A stretch of 64,000 bases of DNA from Candidatus Latescibacterota bacterium (GTDB lineage: Bacteria > Latescibacterota > UBA2968 > GCA-2709665): contig OZ241917.1 in the NCBI GenBank assembly GCA_965203805.1, positions 2,112,001 to 2,176,000 of the forward strand, read 5' to 3'. This document shows, in pieces, positions 1-8,561 of this stretch. Positions within the stretch are counted from its first letter, which is position 1, and each line of letters begins with the position of its first letter. The translations under genes and the position numbers were made by a program. The notes below the pieces were generated by a model, which was given only the letters and a program-made list of their open reading frames with translations, was not told where the DNA came from and did no database searches.

Positions 1-482
1 TTGCGACCGGCATGAATCTTCGATACGCCGATAGATTGGGTCCGATCCAAGAATCGGCCTTCGCGACCATACCGGAGGACCTGCCCTCCAACCCCATCAA
101 GGAGATAGACCCTGCCCTCAGGATCCATCGTCATATCGTAAACCGATAAATGCTCCCCGGGACCTCTACCTGTACGCCCGAATGAGCGAATGTACTTTTC
201 GTCCCGGTAGTTGATTTCGTGCGCCTGATGGGTTTCACGGTCGGTAATCATCAAGGTGCCTTCAGATGAAAAACCCATCCACTTAACATGCCCAATCCCA
301 GGCATGTCCTCATCAAACAAAAGCTCGACCGTTTCTCGCAATTCAAGCGCCGCTTTCCCTGCATATCGCAGTGGCCTTTCGGGAACGCGCTCTTCATCCG
401 GAATCCCTTCCACAACGCGTTCCCCTCCACACCCGGCAACAGTACCCACGATGAGCGCCCCGGCGATCAGAAAGACGCGCAT
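1..482 (-). CDS. NHL/6-bladed beta-propeller lipoprotein, partial (runs off window start)
   Basis: Not in the ORF track. Manual translation from ATG 482: MRVFLIAGALIVGTVAGC (lipobox) ... SFGRTGRGPGE ... DPEGRVYLLD, an NHL-type blade motif. The frame is open to the window edge. Confidence 0.75.
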   Translation of the reverse strand, partial: MRVFLIAGALIVGTVAGCGGERVVEGIPDEERVPERPLRYAGKAALELRETVELLFDEDMPGIGHVKWMGFSSEGTLMITDRETHQAHEINYRDEKYIRSFGRTGRGPGEHLSVYDMTMDPEGRVYLLDGVGGQVLRYGREGRFLDRTQSIGVSKIHAGR

Positions 483-553
483 AGGAAAAATCGAGCTCGA
501 ATTAGCGTAGGCACGAATCATAGTCATTGCTGTCAGAGTCGCCTTTCCCGGGA

Positions 554-821
554 TCGAGGGCATCCCTGCCCTCGACGGCGAATTGGACTCGGTTCGAGGG
601 ATGTCACTCCGGATGTGGTTTCGGATGGATGGGAAGCAATTGGCCCCTGGTGTGGAAATTCGTCGGTTGCTCGAAGTTCGAGGGCAGGGATGCCCTCGCT
701 CCGGATACTGGTGGATCCTGAACTGATGCAGGGCGAGATGGACTCGGTTCGAGGGATGTCGGATCGGTTGTTCCGTCGCATCCAACGAACTGGTATCGGA
801 TGCACAGGAAGCAATGGCCCT
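554..821. repeat. REP-like palindromes plus degenerate direct duplication
   Basis: tcgagggcatccctgccctcga (554-575) and its reverse complement at 678-698. A 22-bp direct repeat tggactcggttcgagggatgtc lies at 584-605 and 739-760, and ggaagcaa(t)tggccc at ~632 and ~807. Confidence 0.65.
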
Positions 822-861
822 TGATGCAGTTCCGTTCAGTTTCATGAATTACTCAGGATAG

Positions 862-1878
862 TCAGGCCGACTCAACCGCGCTCAATCGACGAGCGAGAAG
901 GATGCGGATCAAACCGGGGCCTCCGGCAACCAGATAGGTCACGAAAGCGAGGCCGTGCATAACGGTCGCGTAAGCGAGGGCATCCGTGAGTGGCACGTCG
1001 TATACCGCGTTGAGCGTCTGACTGCAGAAATAATGGTAGGTGCCGGTTCCGCCGGGGGTGGGGATGATTACGCCGATGGTGGAGATGACCAGGACAACGA
1101 CGGCATCGAAAAAGCCGAGTTCGTACCGGGTCGGGAACCCGAACGCGAAGAACGCGGCGTAGGCAGTGAAGATATAGGCAAGGTTGAGCAGGATGCTCGC
1201 CACGAGGATGCCGGTATAGTCCGATGTCGCATGAACGCCGCCCAGTCCCTGAAACAGCGATCGGAGAATCCCGGTCAGCCGGTCAGCCATCGATCGGGAG
1301 ACCCATCGGACAGGCAGACGCATTACGGCCAATGCGCGATCGCCGTAGACCGACAGAAGCCCGAATAGAACGAGAATGCCCACCGTAGCCGTCAGTGCCA
1401 GGAGCGCGACCCCCTCCATCCAGGGGAATGCCGTGACAATTTCGACTCTGTAAAGATAGAGGACGCCGCCCAGGAAGATGAGGAGGACCAGCATGTCGAT
1501 GGTCCGTTCGACGAGAATCGTTGCGAGAATACCGCTCAACGGCAGGCGTTCATCCTTTTGAAGCGCGACCCCGCGCGCGATTTCCCCGGCACGGGAAATG
1601 ACATTGGTGGCCGCGTAACCCACGAGAATGGCGTGGCTGGCAGACAGGAAGGAAATCCGTTGACTGACGGGTTTCAAAAGGATCTGCCAGCGCCATGCGC
1701 GCGGGAGAATAGAGAGAACCAGCAGAAAAACGCTTAAAACGAGCCACGAAACCCTGGCCTGACTCAAGGCAGACCACAGTTCTACCGGCGCGACGCCGTG
1801 AAAGGCCAACCACAGAAACCCCGCGGCAAGCGCCACGCCGAGGGAAAATTTAAGCAGTGTCTTTATGATTCGAGGCAA
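862..1878 (-). CDS. Lysylphosphatidylglycerol synthase TM / flippase-like (UPF0104) membrane protein
   Basis: RAWRWQILL, RAGEIAR, ERTID and PTPGGTG motifs, with many TM segments. Confidence 0.85.
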   Translation of the reverse strand: MPRIIKTLLKFSLGVALAAGFLWLAFHGVAPVELWSALSQARVSWLVLSVFLLVLSILPRAWRWQILLKPVSQRISFLSASHAILVGYAATNVISRAGEIARGVALQKDERLPLSGILATILVERTIDMLVLLIFLGGVLYLYRVEIVTAFPWMEGVALLALTATVGILVLFGLLSVYGDRALAVMRLPVRWVSRSMADRLTGILRSLFQGLGGVHATSDYTGILVASILLNLAYIFTAYAAFFAFGFPTRYELGFFDAVVVLVISTIGVIIPTPGGTGTYHYFCSQTLNAVYDVPLTDALAYATVMHGLAFVTYLVAGGPGLIRILLARRLSAVESA

Positions 1879-1891
1879 AAGGGCTCTCGTT

Positions 1892-2785
1892 TCAGTAACC
1901 GAATCTGCGCAGGACCTGTTCCTTTTTCCGCCAGTTCCGGTGAACCTTCACGCGAAGGTCCAGATAAATCGGTGCGTTCAGGAACGCCTCTATCTTGCCT
2001 CGCGCGTTCTTACCGATGGATTTGAGTGTATTTCCATTTGCGCCGATGACAATACCCTTCTGGGACTGTCGTTCAACGACGATACTGGCGCACACATAGG
2101 AACGGGGACTGCCCTCGCGAAATGTCTCCACCTTGACCGCCGCGGCGTAGGGCAATTCCTGCCGGAGTTGCAGGAAAATCTCCTCACGGATGAGTTCGGC
2201 CACGAAGAATCGTTCGGGGTGCTCGGTGAGCATGTCTTCCGGGTAATATTCGGGTCCTGCCGGCAGCGCCTGCTCGAGACTGGCATTGAGCCTTTCGATG
2301 TTGTAGCCGGACCGGGCGGAAACCGGCAGAATTTCCTGGACCGCGGCCTCTTTCCTGACGGTATCGACACACTGCTGCATCCGGGCGGTGGAAACCAGGT
2401 CTGTTTTGTTCACCGCGACAATGCGCGGGCTCCGCACCCTGCGAAGGATGTCACGAACCTCCTCGTCGAAAGTGGCACTGAAGTCGGAGGCGTCGATTAC
2501 ACCGAGAAATACATCCGCGTCGCTTATCGAACGCCTTATGTGATCGCTCATTCGCTCGTGCAGTCCACGGCGGGGCCGTAACAATCCCGGGGTATCCAGA
2601 AAGATCATCTGAGACGTACGGGACGTAAGGATGCCCAATATCCGATGCCGCGTGGTCTGAGGTTTTTCGGTCACTATGGACAGGCGTTCGCCTACGAGCA
2701 GGTTGAACAGCGTGGATTTGCCCACGTTGGGTTTGCCGGCGATGACGATGTATCCGGATCTGAAATCGGACGTGATTCGCATCAC
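1892..2785 (-). CDS. era: GTPase Era
   Basis: GKPNVGKS, PQTTR, DTPG and NKTD GTPase motifs, and a C-terminal KH domain (QKGIVIGANG). Confidence 0.97.
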   Translation of the reverse strand: MMRITSDFRSGYIVIAGKPNVGKSTLFNLLVGERLSIVTEKPQTTRHRILGILTSRTSQMIFLDTPGLLRPRRGLHERMSDHIRRSISDADVFLGVIDASDFSATFDEEVRDILRRVRSPRIVAVNKTDLVSTARMQQCVDTVRKEAAVQEILPVSARSGYNIERLNASLEQALPAGPEYYPEDMLTEHPERFFVAELIREEIFLQLRQELPYAAAVKVETFREGSPRSYVCASIVVERQSQKGIVIGANGNTLKSIGKNARGKIEAFLNAPIYLDLRVKVHRNWRKKEQVLRRFGY

Positions 2786-2809
2786 CCCTTTAACTAAGAA
2801 TATAAACTC

Positions 2810-3371
2810 ACATGGATGGACAGGATGAACAGGATAAAGGCAAAAAGCGAAAGAAAACGAACTTCAGAAACTACGAAACACGATCAGGATTTACAGAATT
2901 AACAGAATTAGAAACCAGGAGCAGGATGAAAATCGAAGAGCGAGACAAAGGCACGAGAAAACCAACATCAGAAACTACGAAACACACAAAAAAACAAACA
3001 ACGCAGACGACAAAACACGCGAAAAAACGAAAAGCGCGAGAAAACGATTAACAGCAGGGAATCGATTTACCATAGACCGCACGTCATCATAGCGAACACC
3101 CTGAAACCCCAACATAACACGGGCCAAACCGATTCCGGACGCTTCAAGGTTTTCGATATATTCTCCGCTAATGTTGTTGAAAATCAACCGATTATGCAAC
3201 AAACCCGCCGGTTTTCATGGATATTTGAGGATTTGGTTTTTTCCGAATTTTGCTTTTCATCCTGCCTATCCTGTGTATCCATGTCTGGCGTCGTTTGCAG
3301 CCATACGGCGAAGGTCACCAACTGCAATTGACAGGATGGACAGGATGAAAACCGAAAAGCGCGAGAAAACG
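2810..3371. repeat. Intergenic element of 9-nt-periodic repeats with ~36-bp imperfect inverted ends
   Basis: acatggatggacaggatgaacaggataaaggcaaa (from 2810) is inverted at ~3249-3284. tcagaaactacgaaacac and gaaaagcgcgagaaaacg each occur twice, and a further acaggatggacaggatgaa lies at ~3331. Confidence 0.7.
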
Positions 3372-3396
3372 GAGAATTTTCGTGAATGATTCACGT

Positions 3397-4344
3397 TCAG
3401 AAATACAATGAACCCGAGATGCGGTAGGTATTGTCCAATTCGCCGTGCTCGAGAAAGGCGAGGTCGAAAGCAACGCGCCCTCGAAGCCGGACGCCCGCGC
3501 CCGCGGTAAAGTGACTTCCCCTTGCGCCAAGGCGGAAGGCCAACGTGTTCCGGTACAGGTATTCCACGCCAATCCGCACACCCTGGAAACGGTCTGCCTC
3601 CGATTCTTCCTCACCGATGTTCAAACTCCCGCTGCAGGTGATCCGTCCGTCAATCGCCGGGACCGGCCGCGCGAGCGCCAGGCCTATGACAAGGACCGGG
3701 GGAACCCGGTCCGTCGAGCCCGTGTCGAAGGTGATCTTCATGGGGATGAGATTGCGAATCTTCATGCCGGCGGTCAGGCCGGGCCGGGGCACATACAGCA
3801 TCCCTAAATCAATACCGAAACCCGATCCTGTGCCCGTCCCCAGCCTTCGCGACACGAGCTTCACGCCGGCGCCGGCGAACAGATTCGACCTCAGGCCTCG
3901 GCCGAAGCCCAGGTGAAGGTGGTATTCGGTTGCACCGACGACACGAGTGACGACGGGCCGGTTATCCGGACCCGGCGAAAGCGTCGGGTCCTCGAGGGTC
4001 GTGAGCTTGACGCCGTCGACGCCGAGGCGTGTCAGGCCGACGCCGAAGCCGCCGAGCGTAGAGGGGACGCACACCGTGAAGACGTCATGTTTGACCGTAC
4101 CGCCGAACTGTTCGGCGTGCTGGATCTGCAATTCTCTCTGACGGAGTCTGTGAAGGCCCGCGGGATTCCAGTATATGGCGGTTGCATCGTCACTCACGGC
4201 CACAAACGCGCTTCCCATCCCCAGCGGTCTTGCGCCAGCGCCCAGCAGCAGAGGGTCTTCCGAGTATCGCGTTTCGTTCTGCGCGGGAACGGGCGCCGGC
4301 CTCGACAGGGCCAGCATCAGTATTGTCAGGAGAAACGGCTTCAC
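3397..4344 (-). CDS. PorV/PorQ (UPF0164)-family outer-membrane beta-barrel
   Basis: Signal peptide, GARPLGMGSAFVAVSDDATAIYWNPAGL signature, and C-terminal Phe. Confidence 0.85.
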   Translation of the reverse strand: MKPFLLTILMLALSRPAPVPAQNETRYSEDPLLLGAGARPLGMGSAFVAVSDDATAIYWNPAGLHRLRQRELQIQHAEQFGGTVKHDVFTVCVPSTLGGFGVGLTRLGVDGVKLTTLEDPTLSPGPDNRPVVTRVVGATEYHLHLGFGRGLRSNLFAGAGVKLVSRRLGTGTGSGFGIDLGMLYVPRPGLTAGMKIRNLIPMKITFDTGSTDRVPPVLVIGLALARPVPAIDGRITCSGSLNIGEEESEADRFQGVRIGVEYLYRNTLAFRLGARGSHFTAGAGVRLRGRVAFDLAFLEHGELDNTYRISGSLYF

Positions 4345-4928
4345 GGAGAGGGCTCGCGGGGCGTGGTTTCGGCGCAGGGAACGAGTATGGCGACGCTCCC
4401 CGGCTGGAGCGCGGAACCCAGGGCTTTGATGTGCGATGAATCGAGGACGATGGCGCCGGAGTTTGAAGGAAGGGGAAATTCGGTCGGCTGAATGAGCAGG
4501 GAAGGAGAAAAATAGAGCCTGGAACGAGCGCGGGGACCCTCGATCAGCCGGCCGCTGAAGTCGAGCGGTAAACGGCGGCCACGAAGCCGTAGTCCGGGAT
4601 TCCCGGGCTCGACGCTTACCGGATCGAGCCGGGCGATCATCCGGAGTTGGGAAGACGATAGGGGCAATGCTCCCGTAAATCGATATTCCTTGATGGCGCA
4701 GGCCCTGAGGATGTGGGCGCCGGCTTTCAGATAAACCTTGCGGGACGGCAGATCGATTACGAGATAGTAGGCGTTCGGGTCTTTTTGCGCGAACTGAAGT
4801 TCAAGTTCCAGGGCCTGTTTTCTGTGCCGGAGCGCCTGTTCGAGCGAGTCGGGCACGCTCTCGCCGCCTGCCGAGGGGGACGGTATGGATACGGCGAATG
4901 GGATGGCAACGAGAACAGAGAGGATCAA
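4341..4928 (-). CDS. Degenerate L,D-transpeptidase (YkuD-like) paralogue, probably non-catalytic
   Basis: An in-frame TTG at 4928 overlaps the upstream TGA. Signal-like N-terminus, a YYLVIDLPSRKVYL strand, and a C-terminus SNSGAIVL...GSVAIL that parallels HGCIRL...GSRV. Confidence 0.6.
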   Translation of the reverse strand: MILSVLVAIPFAVSIPSPSAGGESVPDSLEQALRHRKQALELELQFAQKDPNAYYLVIDLPSRKVYLKAGAHILRACAIKEYRFTGALPLSSSQLRMIARLDPVSVEPGNPGLRLRGRRLPLDFSGRLIEGPRARSRLYFSPSLLIQPTEFPLPSNSGAIVLDSSHIKALGSALQPGSVAILVPCAETTPREPSP

Positions 4929-5548
4929 TAGATGTAGACACGGCTTCCCTCTTGCGCCCGGGCGAATGTGGCTTCGAGGTCCCCGTCGTTCAGACGGATG
5001 CACCCGTGCGTAATGTTCCGTCCGATGAGATTCGGATAGAGGTTGCCGTGAATCTCGTAACCGTCGCCCAATTCGAGGGCGAATTTTCCAAGCGTGACCG
5101 GATCCAGACGCTCGAAATCCCATGGCAGTACCGGAGCCGTCCGACCTGCCTCCACAAAGGCCCATTCCGGTTTCTTCCATATTGGATTCACCACTTTTCG
5201 CAGGACTTCGAACCGCCCTTTCGGTGTGTCGAACCGCCAGGATTTCCGATTGTCGCTCAAAAGGATCTTGCCGCTTCCGCTTGCACAGACCGCTTCATCA
5301 AGGAGACGGTTTCGGTGCCAGACCTGCAGCCGATTGTGGACCGTGTCGATGACGATACGCGGTTTTTCATCCAACATACCGTCCAGGGCGGCCTCCAGCC
5401 TTTCTATTTCCACGCCGAGACGCTTTGCCGAGGAGGCGGTGGACGCACGCTGCTGCCCGGAACCCCGGCTCCGCGCGTCCGGCGGGCTGTTCCGGCAGGC
5501 GACGGCGACGACCAGAGGCAGAAGCAGAAAAACAGGAAACCGGCGCAT
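4925..5548 (-). CDS. L,D-transpeptidase lipoprotein
   Basis: Lipobox VAVAC, IVIDTVHNRL, FDTPKGRF, and the catalytic YEIHG...THGCIRL motif. Start chosen at ATG 5548. Confidence 0.92.
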   Translation of the reverse strand: MRRFPVFLLLPLVVAVACRNSPPDARSRGSGQQRASTASSAKRLGVEIERLEAALDGMLDEKPRIVIDTVHNRLQVWHRNRLLDEAVCASGSGKILLSDNRKSWRFDTPKGRFEVLRKVVNPIWKKPEWAFVEAGRTAPVLPWDFERLDPVTLGKFALELGDGYEIHGNLYPNLIGRNITHGCIRLNDGDLEATFARAQEGSRVYIY

Positions 5549-5636
5549 TCCTACAGTCCCTAAAACCGGAAAACCGAGAAGAGTGCGCACTTCTCGGTTT
5601 TCCATTGTCAAACAACTGATTGAACGTGGCGATGGA

Positions 5637-6239
5637 CTAACGCAGATACCAGGCTTTGTTCTCCTCTTTCCAATCTTCGATTTTCTGCATTGCGGTACTG
5701 ACCGCGTCCTGCACCCCGCCCAACTTGCTTTCTCCGGCCTGGGCCTGGGCAAGGGCATCCTTGAACATGCCGTTTTCCAGGCTGCCCTTTGCGCCGTTCA
5801 ATGATGCTTCGGCCTCGCCAAGATCTGCGTCGAGCTGGTCCAGGTCTTCATCTGCGCCTTTGCCGCGGGGCGCGGCGTTAAGCGCTTCCCGGGCATCCGC
5901 CAGGCTGGAAGAGGCCGAATCGATGATCGCCTGAGCGTCGTCGCGGGTCTTCGCCTTGTTGGTTTCCGCCTGAGTCACGGACTGATTGGCGCGTTCCTCG
6001 GCCTCGATGGCAGCGGCTCTGGCCTCCTGATATTCACCCTGTTCAACTTTGTCTTTGGAGTCTTTCAGGGTATTCGTTGCCGAACGGAAAATCTCCTCGG
6101 CATAGACGTCGGCCTCGGCGGCCTTTGCTTTACTGAGGGCGCCTTCGGCGGCCTTGATTTCCTCCTCGGGAGGTTGTTCGCAGGCCACAAAGGCGGCGGC
6201 AACACAGACAACAAGGCCGATTCTCAGGACAGATCGCAT
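5637..6239 (-). CDS. DUF4398-like Ala-rich helical lipoprotein
   Basis: Lipobox FVAC, PPEEEIKAAEGALSKAKAAEADVYA, two helical repeats, and RBS aaggagg. Confidence 0.75.
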   Translation of the reverse strand: MRSVLRIGLVVCVAAAFVACEQPPEEEIKAAEGALSKAKAAEADVYAEEIFRSATNTLKDSKDKVEQGEYQEARAAAIEAEERANQSVTQAETNKAKTRDDAQAIIDSASSSLADAREALNAAPRGKGADEDLDQLDADLGEAEASLNGAKGSLENGMFKDALAQAQAGESKLGGVQDAVSTAMQKIEDWKEENKAWYLR

Positions 6240-6338
6240 CTCCCCTCCTTGGTTGATAAAGCCTCGAATGATGGCAACAAGTCTAACAGAAATAACTATT
6301 TCCGAAACAAATCACAGTGAATGCACTCATACAGGAAG

Positions 6339-6367
6339 AAGATACATCTAACGTATGACAAAGTCAA
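6339..6367 (-). promoter_or_regulatory. Sigma70-type promoter for the lipoprotein/L,D-transpeptidase operon
   Basis: TTGACT-N17-TATCTT on the minus strand. Confidence 0.55.
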
Positions 6368-6481
6368 GCGATTTCTCCAGAAATTTCGCGGCTGCATGCG
6401 CCGGATGGCTTCAACTCCCAACCGTCGAAAACAGCAGGAATTCCTCCCCCTTTCCGGCAGCGGCGCAACGGCCCTTTACGG

Positions 6482-6510
6482 TTGCGCGCATTCGGCGCAA
6501 GCGCTATATT
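6482..6510 (+). promoter_or_regulatory. Sigma70-type promoter upstream of the small membrane protein
   Basis: TTGCGC-N17-TATATT. Confidence 0.45.
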
Positions 6511-6699
6511 TCGCGCGCCGCAATTCACCGGTGCGCCCGGTCCGCAGTTCCGCTGATGATCCGCTTCCGACGTCGGCGGCCTAGCCCGGAAACCCGCCGG
6601 TTCCGCCAATCGTGAATTCACTGCCGGATGAATCATAAGGCCCCTGAAGACAAAAACACATCGGTATCCTGGTACTGGCAGAGTCAACAGGAGGAATCC

Positions 6700-6936
6700 A
6701 TGGGATTCGAGAACCAGCTGGGTGTGGCCGCGCTTTCTGTTCTGGGAGCGCTTCTGCTTCGATGGATTGGGGTTCCCAAACGCTGGACGCCGGTCTCGCC
6801 GTTGGTTCTGTCGACCCTTATCGTCGCGTTCTTCGGTGAGCTCGAGACGATTGGCGACGTGTTCGTGAGCGCGCTGGTCAGCGGGCTTTTCGCCAATGGA
6901 TTTTTATTCCTTCTTTTTGGCACCCGGAATGGATGA
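6700..6936 (+). CDS. Small 3-TM membrane protein, holin-like
   Basis: Strong RBS caggagg, 78 aa, three hydrophobic segments, and a GVPKRWTP...SGLFANG pattern. Confidence 0.6.
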   Translation: MGFENQLGVAALSVLGALLLRWIGVPKRWTPVSPLVLSTLIVAFFGELETIGDVFVSALVSGLFANGFLFLLFGTRNG

Positions 6937-8073
6937 TCTGATTCGAAGGCGATTCAGGTCGTCCAGAAGTTGTTTGGCGTCGAACACGACCGTGTTTTTT
7001 GAAATGCGTTTCTCCTTACGCACGTAGGTTTCCAGCGCTACCCGGGCGTTTTCATAACGACCGTCGCGAAAGCAGGCCAGTCCAAGGTAGTAGTAGCCGT
7101 CTGTCTGCAGGGAATCGATCCGGACCGCGTTCGCCAGGTGCGTGATGGCACTGTCGTAGTCGCGATGGTTGAAGTGCGACACCCCCAGTTTGAGATGGAC
7201 GGAGGCATCGTCGGCCCCGGCATCGATCGCTTTCCGGTAGGTGTTTACCGCCGCCTTGTAGTCTCCCCGATTAAATGCCAGATTGCCAAGGCTGACAAAC
7301 GCTTCGCCGTATTCCGGATCGATCTCCAGTGCCTTCAGGTAGGCGGTCCGCGCCTTCCCGAGTTTCCCTTCCTGAGCGTAGGCCATTCCAAGATTTCTAT
7401 AAATATAGCGGCGTTCCGTGGCGTCGTACTGGAACCGAAGCGCCTGTTCATAAATCTCAATGGCCTTGTCCGTCTTTCCCGTGTATATATAGGTAAGACC
7501 CAGGTTGAGGTACGCGTCCGTAAACTTGTCGTTAAGCTTGATTGCCCGCCGGTATTCCGCAATGGCCTGATCGGCGTATCCTTTGTGGTAATAGGCCAGA
7601 CCCATCAGATTTCGTACAAATGCCGACCCGGGTTTAAGTTCCAGGGCGGTCTTGTATTGCGCCAGAGCCGAGTCGTAATTCCCCTGGTGATAGTGTGTTC
7701 TGCCCAGGTCGACCCGCGCGTGAAAGATCCGCGGATTGACTCGAATTGACCGTTTCAGGTATTCAATCCGTTCATCCGGACGGGACAGCAGCCGACTGTA
7801 AAGGTAAAGGCCGACGGCCGACCCGGGTCTGGCCTGCAGGCGCCTCAGATATTCGGCAAGCGCCTCCCGCCGTCGGTTCGACTTGAGCATCAGGTCCTGG
7901 TAGTGCACATTCGCCTGGATGTCCTCGGGCCTCACCTTGACCAGGCGCCGAAAATGAGCCAGCTCGGCTTCGCTCCCCTCGCCTTCAGCGCCCTCGACCG
8001 GACATGCGAACCATCCGGTGCCAAGAAGCAAAAGTAAAATCAGGCTCGACAACACATGCTCTCCATGGGACAA
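6904..8073 (-). CDS. Secreted tetratricopeptide repeat protein
   Basis: Signal peptide and multiple TPR units (NLMGLAYYHKG, AYLNLGLTY, YRNLGMAY). Confidence 0.92.
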   Translation of the reverse strand: MSHGEHVLSSLILLLLLGTGWFACPVEGAEGEGSEAELAHFRRLVKVRPEDIQANVHYQDLMLKSNRRREALAEYLRRLQARPGSAVGLYLYSRLLSRPDERIEYLKRSIRVNPRIFHARVDLGRTHYHQGNYDSALAQYKTALELKPGSAFVRNLMGLAYYHKGYADQAIAEYRRAIKLNDKFTDAYLNLGLTYIYTGKTDKAIEIYEQALRFQYDATERRYIYRNLGMAYAQEGKLGKARTAYLKALEIDPEYGEAFVSLGNLAFNRGDYKAAVNTYRKAIDAGADDASVHLKLGVSHFNHRDYDSAITHLANAVRIDSLQTDGYYYLGLACFRDGRYENARVALETYVRKEKRISKNTVVFDAKQLLDDLNRLRIRSSIPGAKKKE

Positions 8074-8183
8074 TAGTCAACGTGCAGTCAATGGACCCGG
8101 CTACGAAAAGGGGTGATAGCATCGTCTCTATCGCCCCTTTATTGCTGCATATGGCTGCTGAGCCATAATTCCAGACAAATTGT

Positions 8184-8438
8184 CAATCTTGATTCGTCAT
8201 TTTTCGGGGACGTTAATTCGAAGTTACGCAAGTTGATAAAGGCGATTTGACATCGGATGTCCAGGAAACTTCAGGTCACTGGGCGTGAACGGAAAAATTG
8301 GCCTTCCCGGCGACCACTTCGGCCCGTTGAGGAAATAACTGCAGGGTCACGGCATTACGACACACGCCGTTTCGTACGGAGGCCTTTTGTGCTTTCTGTG
8401 GCCAGTTTTACGGTGATCTCTTTTCGAATTGACGTTGA
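8184..8438 (+). mobile_element. 255-bp dispersed repeat (MITE-like), copy A
   Basis: Ungapped ~81% match (hand count 47 mismatches in 254 nt) to the reverse complement of 47708-47962. Imperfect terminal inverted repeats tcaatcttgattcg / cgaattgacgttga. Confidence 0.75.
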
Positions 8439-8561
8439 CAACTGACAGCTTATGTCAAGTTCAGGCTGTCGGGGCAGTCGGATCGCCGGGGCCGCGCGAT
8501 CCCGGCTGAGGAAACCAGCACCGGCCGGCGCGGCGGAAGGGACGGGCGCGCCGACGTGAGA

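Noticed and set aside
2810-3371. Possible CRISPR array
   Set aside because: The repeats are short, degenerate and irregularly spaced, with no constant repeat-spacer period and no cas genes.
6530-6570. Fluoride riboswitch (gctgatga motif)
   Set aside because: The required upstream GATGG...TC pseudoknot-forming segment is absent.
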